A stretch of 61,444 bases of DNA, filler included, from Choristocarpus tenellus KU-1152 (GCA_964200185.2; 11 parts of 11 records of this genome joined end to end with filler, not necessarily neighbours in it); one strand, 5' to 3'. Counted from the whole stretch's first letter, positions 23,590 to 34,041 are shown. Notes: generated by a model not told the origin, from the letters alone. A program made the numbers and translations.

Positions 23590-26500
23590 CTCGCAAGGCA
23601 GGAACCCATGTCATCCATGTGACATACCGTTCCAATACCCAAGTGCTTGCTTCTCCATGACAGTTCTCCCACACTCTTAGGGGCGCCCAGAACAAACGAC
23701 CCCCGGCCGACCAGGACAAAGGAAAGAAGAAGACAAGAGGAAAGGGGAAAAGAATAGAGCAGGAGTCGGCGATCCACACACGGCGTCTGCCGCCCAGGCG
23801 GAGGAGGAGTGGGCGTCTCAACCCTGGAAAGTCCATTTGGCATACATGAGACGCATGCACACCAAGAATGTCCTCATCAAGAGGACTGTCCTGGAGGTCG
23901 CCATACAAGTTATGAACGTCCTAAAAAGGAAAGACAAGCTCGGGATAGACCCCTACGGGCTCAAGGTATCTGAAGGGTGGGGGGCGGCTGTCCATTTGGG
24001 GTCAATTTTTTCATGTCGCGATTTGTTTGGTGATTTGGTTCCATACGTTGGAGGGATAATGAAAGTGCACTTTTCCTGGTTTTGGCCCAAATGGACACCT
24101 TGGTGTAGCCCCCCCCCAGATACTTTGGCTCACGCCGATGACTCATCAGCAGGGTCTTCAGCAGAGGGTCCTCCTACCAAAAAAATACATCCTCAGCGAC
24201 GAGGTACTCAACTGTGTATGAGGTTCATCATCTCATCTCTCCACTGCATTTCAGTTCATATCAAGCCACCTCACAATAAACGCCCTGATTGGGCACATTC
24301 ATATAACCCATAAAATCCACAGATGAAAAGGGACCTCGTGTTGAGGGAGGATGTGGAGGAGGATACAAAATACCTGGACATCGTCAAATACTCTGAAGGC
24401 GTTACCCTGAACACCAGTGACGAACACACAGGCAAGCAATTACATCATTGTACAACATCGCCATAGGTTAACATCCAAACATGGTTCCCTACACCAATCA
24501 CACAACCTAGACTCTCACAGATCTTACCGACGTTTGACAGTTTCACAACGAAAGTTGTCACAGGGTTCTCCGGTTTCATATGTTGCGAAGTTGCTCGTTG
24601 AACAGATTGATTTATACTTTCACTGTGTTGTACCGATCAACAGAACCCGGCAAAAGAAGGGAAATTATGTCGCGGTTACATGCTAGTCCTATACAGCCCT
24701 ATTTGTCTTCGTCTTTTATGGACTCGAATAATTCACCCAGGTTTAATGAACCGCTAGTACTCTGATCCATCCATCCTTTCCTCAGCCCCTGCCTCCTCCT
24801 CTGTATCCTGCCTCGCTTACTCCTTCTCACCAACCCCTATCTCATCCCTTGACTCCTAACGCTAACACCTCCCGTTGTTTTGACCCCTACTTCGCCACGT
24901 CCTTTGCCTACTCCTCCACCATCACAGAGATAAATAGAGTCACAGCCATCGTGATCATCCCAGACAAGAATGACACATCCGAGCACAACCTCGAGAAGTT
25001 CAAGTCCGAAACGAGCGCCGCTCACGAGAGAAGTTGCCCTTCTCCAGACCCGACCAAGAGGCATGGTAATCATATGCACCGCCCTCGGGGACATCCTAGA
25101 TCTGGATCGTATCAAACTCCTCATAGATGAACTCTCCACCCTCCGCAATTTTGCTCTGGTGAAGACACCGGGAGCTGGTGGCGTACCCACGCCTATACCC
25201 TGTGGAAGACCCAACCCACCAGGTGATAAAGAGAAACAAGGTAGCCCATCACCTAGCCCTGCAGTAGATATGGGAAGCAGGACTCTACGAGGGGAGAGGC
25301 ATACAATCACACCCTAGGAACACGACTCTGAAGGTGATGGGGGCCGACCCGTTTGTAACGCTTTGTCATGTCCAGAGGAACTTGCACAGGAGGAAGTGAG
25401 GGGGCAGCTAGGCAAGGACTCAGAGTCCACGCCTGTCAGGAGTGACCCATTTATATCCCCAAACGCCCATTCGGTGGGCAGTTACGGCGACGAGTCACAA
25501 GTGCCTGGGAACACCTACGACCATAGTATGAGGCGAAGTGAGAACCGCGTTCATGTCGATCCTACCCCAACCCTGACGGATACGCCTTCTGAGAAGGGCA
25601 AAGGAAAGTGGAAAAGGACGCTAAGTAGGAAGAAGAGGGTTAGAGAAGACTCTGAAGACGATATGGACTGACCCGATTGTGATGTTTTCTCAGGTCCAGA
25701 GGAACTTGTACAGGAGGATGTAGGTGGGCGTTCAAGCACAGACTCAGAGTCCACGTCTGTCGGGAGTGATCCCTGAATGTCCCCAAACGCCCATTCGGTG
25801 GGCAGCGGCAGCGACGAGTCACAAGTGCCAGGGAATACCTACAACCATACTGTGAGGCAAAGTGAGAATCGCGTCCATTCCGATCCTACCCCAACCCCAA
25901 GGGACAAGCCTTCCGAGAAGGGCAAAGTACAGAGGAAAAGGACGCAAATTAGGAAGATGAGGGTGAGAGAAGGTGCTGGACGGATGAGACCATTCAAACA
26001 GCCTTGTGGTCCTGATGGCAGAGCATTAAAACCTGGCTTCTTTGACGATGTCTTCGCTTCTGCCAAAATGGGCAGATACGCGGTAAATCCGTGTTCACCT
26101 ACGTCGAGGTACGTCGATGACGATAAAAGATCATCTCATGGTGATGAGGATTGCGTCATACAGGACGCGGCCGACTCTGGCGATGCATCCGATGTGGGGA
26201 TCACCAAGGACTTCATGGAGGCGTGTGTTACCCAGCCCCTACGATCGGCAACGAAACCTGCTTCTTCACAGTATCAAGTGCAGACTCAAATCCTCACCCA
26301 AGTCATATACGGCCTTGGGTTCAGGCTCATCAAGGTCGGTAAAGTGACCATTTCTCTTGTTTTCGGGGATGAATGCTATGTCCACGAGCCCACACAGGTT
26401 AAACTCGGCGATTGTGGAGGGAAGCCAGGCAACACGTGTGCCAAGCATGTGGAAGTGCTCCAGGCGAGGAAGGCTATCTTCTTGAGCCTCATGAAGCCTG

Positions 26501-26899
26501 AACCTTGGAACCCCAGGTACTCCACACGACTAAATCTATGGCACCTTCTTGTTGAGGCATATCCTAAGCTCACAGAGTGGTGGGAGAAGGAGGACAAATG
26601 CAATTTCGAGTCCGCCCACCAATTGAAATAGGGCTTCGGTCGTTTCGGTTTTCTGTTGAAGTACGGGTAGAGTTACAGGTTGCGGTGATTTAGTCATCAG
26701 TGTATCTTGACTTGGTGTCCGACTACCATGTTCATGCACTTTCCATTTCACGAGTGATGCATTTAGATAGTGGTATCGGATGCATTGCTACCGATCAGAG
26801 TCGCCAGCGTATCATATATCATACTCACGTTGAGGATTAGACCTGTGTTATTATTTGTTTAAAAGAGCGTGTCTGCTACAAGGTTTAGACAACTAAAAT
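23590..26899 (+). pseudogene. Family X copy, most complete: several exons, a 323-bp internal duplication and a MITE insertion
   Basis: Nucleotide-colinear with 29580-31965 (reverse), including ~270 bp after the stop. Peptide similarity to 10560-11300. Acceptors gacag|TTC (~23663), ccacag|ATG (24323), ctcacag|ATC (24520). C-terminus FGDECYVHEPTQ...CAKH...YPKLTEWWEK...QLK*. Confidence 0.8.
23958..24131. mobile_element. MITE family A, complete, TSD ACG, inserted in a family X exon
   Basis: ACG|GGCTCAAGGTATCT...AGATACTTTGGCTC|ACG. Removing the MITE and one TSD restores IDPYADD (IDPDADD in the homologue near 10960). Confidence 0.92.
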
Positions 26900-27650
26900 A
26901 TAATTACAAGAAGCACGCTGGCATCTTGTGCAGGGAGGAAAAGGTGGGATCCACCAAAGTCCAGCACAGGAGTCACATTCCTAAGCTGACGTTCATCATG
27001 CGCCGTTTCGCGGCCAGATCCTTTCCGTGATTTCAACAGCAAGATTGGAATCTGGGGTGTTTTCATTATCAACCAGGTGCACAGAAATTCAGCCCTCAGC
27101 GAGGCGGCAGCAGTACACCTTTGATGTGACTGTCAATGCCAAGTGGTACTGGGAGTGGTACGTGAAGACTTTTCTCGTCGCATTGAAGGAAGAATTGTTG
27201 TGGTTGGAGGGTGATCCCCCATACAGGAAAAGACACACCACGAAAGCACAACGAAGTGGGGGGTATGGGGGTTGGAACGTCAAGTTCGTAATGCAGCCTG
27301 CGCTGTTGCCTGATCTTAATAACAATGATTTGGGGTTATTTGCATCCCTGAAAGTAGACTTTGGAGGGAGGGCTAGGATACAATAGACGACCTTGTGAAG
27401 TGAATAAAGAGCATGTATGGCGCATACGATGCATCCACCTTAGAGAGGGTGCGGCAGAGTCTCTTTAAGCAGTACAATCAAGCTTTGAAGGTGCAAGGGG
27501 GTAACGGTTTCTAGGTACAGCACACTGGAACTTAGAAAAGGCAGCGTGAGGTAAATTCTACCAAAATCGATCAGAATCGACAGACGGGCTTTCAATGTGG
27601 CGGTGGAATTGGTGGATTGATGGGCATGAGGAAAACGTTGAAGAATGATT
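26900..27650 (+). mobile_element. Diverged mariner (DD39D-like) transposase relic, second subfamily
   Basis: VQHRSHIPKLTF...FNSKIGIWG..., QPALLPDLNNNDLGLFASLK (SPDLNxxDLGFF motif), then TLERVRQSL...GGNGF. Confidence 0.8.
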
Positions 27651-27744
27651 TTCTCGTAAAAAAGATCAAGGAATCAAATTTAAAAGACCTTTTCTTCAAT
27701 GGAGGACATCTCGAGAAGTAACACCTTTAACGTCACAGCCCTAA

Positions 27745-27950
27745 GAGTCAAAGTATCTTAGAGGGTAGGTCCGCGTCCATTCGGGGGCCGAAATCCAATG
27801 TTGCCATTTCCATGTGATTTTATCCGTCGTATTTGTTAGGAAATTCAGTATCCTTGTTCCGGACACACCATTTCATAACATGTACGTATTACCTACTCCG
27901 AAACATTTCGGAGTAGGAAAAATATCACAAAAACCCCATGGGAAGCCAAG
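27745..27950 (-). mobile_element. MITE family B, truncated by contig end
   Basis: TAA|GAGTCAAAGTATCTTAGAGGGTA... with the internal hairpin CCTACTCCGAAACATTTCGGAGTAGG. Confidence 0.9.
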
Positions 27951-28050
27951 NNNNNNNNNNNNNNNNNNNNNNNNNNNNNNNNNNNNNNNNNNNNTTAATT
28001 AATTAANNNNNNNNNNNNNNNNNNNNNNNNNNNNNNNNNNNNNNNNNNNN

Positions 28051-29015
28051 GTGATTTGGTTGCACGTGTCAGATTTGAAATGAGGGGGCAAAAAAAGAAG
28101 ACTGTTGGTTAGATTCCCTTTTGTCCTTGCGTACGCTCGAGGAATGGGAATGGGAATATATGCCACCATTTATTTGGGCTTGGTTAGGAGTTTCGACGTT
28201 TGCATGTGTCGGATTTCGAATGTGTTCAAACAGGCTTATTGGTTGGTGCATGTTGGTCGTATAGAGTTAAAGTATCTTAGAGGGTACGAGCCCTGTTTGT
28301 CCGTTTGGGGCTTGGCTTCCCACGTTTTTTTTTTTACTTTTTACCTACTCCAAAATATATTAGTAGGTATAATGTGTACGTTATCAAATGTTGTGTCCGG
28401 AACAAGGATTTTGATACTTCCTAACAAACACTACTACAGCCAAAATTACATCAAGATCGCAGCATTGGATTTTGACCCCCAGACGGACGCGGCTCTACCC
28501 TCTAAGATACTATGACTCATAGTTAGGATAAAGAATGAGAGGTATTTCACTGCTTGTTTCAGGTTTAGTTATTGGTTTGTTTGGTTGCATGAGTGGGATT
28601 TGGTTAGCACATAAAGAGGGCTGTCGGTTAGGTGTGTATTGTCCCAGTGTTAGCACGAGGAATTGAAAAAAAGACCATGGACCGTTTCGAGGTTAATTTT
28701 TCGTTTATTTGCTTGCATGTCGTGTCTGGTATGTACACAAAGAGGACTGTCAGTTAGGGCCTGTTGTCCCGGTGTGTGCACGAGGAACTAGAAAATATTC
28801 CATAGACTGTTTTAAGTTTAGTATTTCGTTTATTTGCTTGCATGTGTCGGATTTAGTATGCACGCAGACGGGGTTGTTGGTCAGGGTGATAGGGTCAAAG
28901 TTGTTTGCATGAAGGAAGGAAAAAGGGTCAGGTTTTACTTTCGGGTTAGTGTAGTGTTTCTTTGATATCATGTATCGACGGATTCTGGATGTGTTCACAA
29001 AGGGTTATTGGTCAA
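28051..29015. repeat. Degenerate ~120-140-bp tandem array with core TTGCATGTGTCGGATTT, interrupted by a MITE B
   Basis: Core recurs near 28060, 28200, 28585, 28712, 28838 and 28968. Confidence 0.6.
28264..28518 (+). mobile_element. MITE family B, TSD ATA
   Basis: ATA|GAGTTAAAGTATCTTAGAGGGTA...TACCCTCTAAGATACTATGACTC|ATA. Confidence 0.92.
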
Positions 29016-29579
29016 GGTCTATTGTCGTACGTTTCGCTGGAAGTACTTAAGATATACTTCCCTTGATTCGGGGTTAGGGTTAGTGGGTTGAATAAATCCT
29101 GATGAGCTAGGGTTGGTTTGGAGTATGTAGGGTCGATGACGGCACTGGTACGTAATTCAGGTAAGACGCTTGTCTATTTTAGGTTGCCAAGGGATGCAGA
29201 TGGGCTCAAGTGTAAGTGTTAGGGTAAGGTTATGGTTAGTGTCGGCGTGAGGGGGTGGCGATCCAGGCCGTTCGTCGAGTTTATGGCACGTGTTTGGGGT
29301 AGACTCAGGGTTTGTGTTTTGCTTAGGGGCATTGGGCGTGGACTTCGGGATATATTCCTCCAAGATTTGATTGAGGACGAGAACGGCCCTCGTTTGTCGA
29401 CACTTGGACAAAGCATGAGATGGTGCATACATTATTGAGAAGCAGGGGGGAGCTAGGTAGTAGGGTTCAGGGAGTAATTAGCGGCTCCTAAGAAGACAAC
29501 GTATCCATCGCAGGCCTTGGCGAATTGATTGGAAACTTAGTGGAAAAGATGGAGAAGAGTTGTTTAAAAAATGTTTTAG

Positions 29580-31965
29580 ATTTTAGTAGTCTAAACCTTG
29601 GAATTGGACACGCTCTGTTATACAAATTATGAACACAGGTCTAATCCTCAAGATGAGTATCATATATATGATACACTGACACCTCTGACTGGTAGAAATG
29701 TATCCGATACCACTGTGTAAATGCATAACCCATCGGATGGAAACTGCATGAACATGGTAGTCGAACACCAAGGCAAGGTACACTGATGCACGAATCAGAC
29801 ACAAGTAACTCGACCCGTGCTTCAACAAAAAACTGAAACGACTGAAGCCCTATTTCAATTGGGGGGCAGAGTCGAAATCACATTCCTCACCCTTCTCCGA
29901 CCACTCTACAGGCTTCGGGTATGCCTTGGTTAGAAGGTGCCAGAGATATTTAGGTGCGTGGAGTACCTGTCATTCCACAGTTTGGCCTTCATGAGGCTCA
30001 TGAAGATGGCCTTCCTTTCATGGAGTGCTACCACATGCTGGGGACACAATGTGCTGCTGGGTCTCTCTCCACGACCGCTGAGTTTTAGCTGTGTGGGTTC
30101 ATGGACGTAGCAGTCATCTCCGAATACAATATTTTTGGCCGCTCTGCCGGCCTTGATGAGCCTGAACCCATCGTTGTCTTATATGACCTGGGTAAAGATC
30201 TGGGTTTGAACTCAGTACTGCGACGAAGCAGGTTTTGTTGCCAATGGTAGGAGCTCAGTAACGCATGCCTCCATGAAGGCTTCGGTGGTCTCCATGACGA
30301 ATGCATCGCCAGAGTCGACCGCGTCCTGTGTCACGATGTCATCACAATGTGCGGACGTTTCGTCGTCATCCTCATGCTTCGTAGTAGATGGCGTTGCATT
30401 TTCCGTGTCTCCGCCCTTTCTGGCAGAAGCGAAGACGTCCGAAAAAAAAATAGGTTCTAAATCGCGTCCATCATTTCCACGAGGCTGTTTGAATGGTCTG
30501 ATCCGTCCAGCACCTTTTCCCAACCTCTTCTTCCTAATGACCATCGTTTTGGCCTTCCCTTTACCTTTTGCGGAAGGCTTGTCCCTATGTGAGGAACCTG
30601 ATGATGTCAAAGCAACCCTTCGCTCCACAGTATCGTCATTCCTGTTCCCTATAACCGTTGGGTAATGATCGACGGACTTGTCGCTGCTGCTGCCCACCGC
30701 ATGGACGTTTGGGGACATTCCGGGGTCACTCCTGACAGGCATGGGCTCTGAGTCCGTGCCTAGCCGCCCCCCCACGTCCTCCTGGACATCTTCTTCTGGA
30801 CAAGACAAAGTACTACAATCAGGCCGGTCCCCATCGCCTTCAGAGTTGTGTTCCGAGGGTGTGGTTGGATGCCTTCCCCCATGGGGTGTCCCACTTCCCG
30901 TACCTACTGTAGGGTTAGCCGATGGCGTCTCCTGTTCCTCTTCATCACCTAGTGGGTCAGGTCCTCCACAAGGTATAGGCGTGGATATGCCACCAGCTAT
31001 CGGTGTCTTCACCAGCGCAAAATTGCGGAAGATGGACAGTTCGTCTATGAGGAGTTAAATACGATCCGGATTGTGGTTGTCCTTGAGAGCGTTGCATGTG
31101 ATTACAGTGCCTCCTGGTCGGGTCTGGAGAAGGGCGACTGCTCTCTCGTGGGAGGCACTCGTTTTCGGACTTGAACTTGTCAAGGTCGTGCTCGGAAGTG
31201 ACGTTTTTCTCTGGCGTGATCACAATGTTTGTGACTCGTGTTATCTCTGTAATGGTGGATGAGTAGTCAAAGGATGAGGCAAAGGTTGGTGAAAAGGAGT
31301 AAGCAAAGGAGGATACAGAGTAGGAGGCAAAGGCTGAGGAAAAGATGAAAGGAAAGGAGTACGTGCGGTTCGTCATACTTGGGTGGATTCTTTGAGCCCA
31401 TAAATCAGGAAGACAAGTAGGGCTTGTAACATAGGGTTAGGAGGATGCGTATAGGACTATAGGACATGACCCGCAACATAATTTCCCAGTCTGCCCAGGG
31501 TTGTGTCGATCGACATAGCACAGCGAACGTATGAATAAATCTGTTAGACGAGCATCTTCGGAATATGTAAAACTCGAGAACCCTGCGTAAGTGTACTGTG
31601 TGAAACTGTCCAACGTCGGTAAGATCTGTGAGAGTCGAGGCGGTGTGTTTGGTGTAGGGAACGATGTGTGATGTTCACGTATGGCGGTGTTGTACAATGA
31701 TGTAATTGCTTGCTTGCGTGTTCGCCACTGGTTTTTAAGGTAACGCCTTCTGAGTATTTGACGATGTCCAGATAGACTGTACTCTCCTCCACATCCTTCT
31801 GCAACACGAGGTCCCTTTTCACCTGTGGAATTAATAGGGTAAGATTAATGCGCGCGATCAGGGCGTTTATTGTGAGGTGACTTGTTACGAACTCAAATAC
31901 GGTGGACAGATGAGAGGATGAACCTGACATTCCCTTGAGTACCTCTTCGCTCAGGATGTTAATAT
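29580..31965 (-). pseudogene. Family X copy, 3' half
   Basis: Colinear with 24185-26899. cag|VKRDLVLQKDVEESTVYLDIVKYSEGVTL; cag|ILPTLDSF...; VFGDDCYVHEPTQ...CPQH...AYPKPVEW...QLK*. Frameshifts present. Confidence 0.8.
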
Positions 31966-32162
31966 CAAATCAAGACACCTTGACAAAATACTCTACGCTC
32001 TGCTAAAACGTGGATAGACTTAGCATGTAGGAAATATTAATATAGGTAGTATATTAATATTTGCCAATTTCTAGTAACTTTAAGTTCTTCATTTTTTATC
32101 ATAAGCCTCTCCATATTTGCTTATAGAGAAAACCTATATCACATTATTTTTTCTGTTTTAGA

Positions 32163-32435
32163 ACAATCGAGGTTAGGGATTTATTTTTTGCAACTCCAGC
32201 AAGACTTAAATTCCTAAGAACAGACAGAACAGAGCTAACAGCTATAACAAATTGTGTTAAAAAAATTGCTTTAGCACTCCCAAAAATATGTTTTACACTA
32301 ACTCATGACGATAGAGAATTACTAAAAGTAAGAAAGCAATCAGGATCAGATAGTATCAAAAATAGAATTTCTGAAATTATAGGAACAGAATTTATTGAAA
32401 ATGCTACAGAAATATCTTTTGAAAGAGATAATGTT
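32163..32435 (+). pseudogene. mutL: Bacterial DNA mismatch-repair MutL fragment (Rickettsiales-like), inside a host contig
   Basis: Open frame, not in the supplied ORF track: TIEVRDLFFATPARLKFLRTDRTELTAITNCVKKIALALPKICFTLTHDDRELLKVRKQSGSDSIKNRISEIIGTEFIENATEISFERDNV. DLFFATPARLKFL is the alphaproteobacterial form of the MutL LFxNxPxR motif. Strongly AT-rich codons and no introns. Confidence 0.85.
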
Positions 32436-32437
32436 GC

Positions 32438-32650
32438 ACACGACAAAATGGTGTAAGAGTAGTCAAGATAAGGTATATCATGTACACGACAAAATGGTGC
32501 AGAAGTAGTCAAGATAAGATATATCATGTACAAGACAAAATGGTGTAGGAGTGGTAAAGGTAAGGTATACCATGTAGATGACAAAATGGTGTAGGAGTAG
32601 ATCAGATCAGATCAGATCAGTCAGTCAGTCAGTCAGTCAGTCAAGATCAA
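32438..32650. repeat. 46-bp tandem repeat (~3.5 copies) followed by (GATCA)n/(GTCA)n
   Basis: ACACGACAAAATGGTGTAAGAGTAGTCAAGATAAGGTATATCATGT repeats from 32438 and 32484 onward. Confidence 0.9.
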
Positions 32651-32974
32651 GCGGTGACAAATAAGAGTAGAAGGTTTTTAAAAGCAGGAAGGGATCGGCA
32701 AGACATAAAGCAGGCGGAAGGAAGAAACAGAAACAAAAAACATAACAACGCAACATATTTGGAGTTAGGGTTGGGGAACAAATAACACAAAGGGCAACAT
32801 TTCGACAATCAAACAGCATGTATGCCACAGTGAGCCAATGGGATGCTTGCATCCCTTTCATTCACTCTGCAAGTCTCAACTATATTGTAAACATTGCAGC
32901 TGTTGCAGGGTCATCAGGGGGTATATGCATATACATGTATAGATTGGGTAAATCTTCACAAAGCTTGACTTACC

Positions 32975-33199
32975 CATTCCTCTGGAAATATCTCCATCCC
33001 GACAACGTACCACAATGAGAGCGCGTCAGTAGGTAGTTTTTTGGCTGCCTGCTCTGAGAAGACAGGCGCAGCCAATTCCACAATGTCGCGCCAGTGATAG
33101 CCTTGGTGGGTCTGCCCTCTGAGGATGGATAGACTGACCCCAGTGAGGACATCAGTGCACATTCTTGCGAATTGCTGCTCCTTGATCTCGTCTGTGAGC
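32975..33199 (-). pseudogene. Family X upstream exon
   Basis: tttag|LTDEIKEQQFARMCTDVLTGVSL...WRDIVELAAPVFSEQAAKKLPTDALSLWYVVGMEIFPEEW|gtaagt has the same splice positions and sequence pattern as 11417-11648. Confidence 0.75.
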
Positions 33200-33534
33200 T
33201 AAATATATAGGTGGGCGATCGTGTTTCGTTAGGAACCCGTGAAAGAACGTGCTTTGAGGATGTGAAGGATTTAGGGTTAACAGCGTGTCGATCTGCAATG
33301 ACAGCAAGGGTGCTGTTGTATAAACAGTGATAGAGTACGTGATCAATGATGACGGGATCTGTAGGGAGTGCGAGGTTCTTGTCCATGCGTGGGCTAGGCA
33401 AACGTGAGATGAGAAGGGCGAAGTGCTGTTGTCTTCATGAGGACGGCATAGCGTTTCCGTGGAGACTGCTATTCGCATTAAACCCCACCAACATGGAAGG
33501 AATATTGAATATGAGAACACACCAATACCGTACG

Positions 33535-33870
33535 CAGATGAAAAGGATTTACGCGCTGACCCAGGTTAGATGTTGAGAGGGCAACCATGCACAGGTTTGT
33601 GATTGGCATAGGGCAGACAGTAATGAAGAAATTTGATGTTTTATATCGGACGGTAAATGCCATCAATTTCCAAAGCACGGCAAAACGGTTGGGGGTGGTG
33701 TGTACCGATTTGGAACAAGAACCCTAAGCAGGAAACATTAAGTTGACCCACGAAAGTGATAGATGAAGATGAAAAGGATTTATGCGCCAACCCAGGTTAG
33801 ATGTCGAGAGGGCAACCATACACAGGTTTGTGTTTGACATAGGGCAGACAGTAATGAAGAAATTTGATGT
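33535..33870. repeat. ~105-bp direct duplication (33535-33640 / 33766-33870) abutting the prmC fragment
   Basis: AGATGAAAAGGATTTA...GGGCAGACAGTAATGAAGAAATTTGATGT occurs twice. Confidence 0.9.
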
Positions 33871-34041
33871 GTTATCAACATAAAATTCCAAGCCATAGAA
33901 TTCTCGTTTACCAATAATATATGCAATTGGTTCTATCAATTTTCGCCTGGATATTAATCCAAAATATTCTTGCTTAAACTCAGGATTTAATTTCATATTA
34001 TAATTCAATATTACCTTTTCTTGAGAAAATGATAAGTAGAA
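33871..34041 (-). pseudogene. prmC: Bacterial release-factor glutamine methyltransferase PrmC/HemK, N-terminal fragment (Rickettsiales-like)
   Basis: LSFSQEKVILNYNMKLNPEFKQEYFGLISRRKLIEPIAYIIGKREFYGLEFYVDN fits the PrmC RRxxxEPxAYIxGxxEFY motif. It breaks off just before the expected VLIPRP. AT-rich. Confidence 0.85.

Noticed and set aside
23958-24131. Exonic MITE acting as an introner
   Set aside because: No GT/GC...AG at its ends; the host copy is otherwise pseudogenised.
32438-32602. Repeats beside bacterial DNA as a possible CRISPR-like capture array
   Set aside because: Head-to-tail 46-bp minisatellite with no spacers between units.
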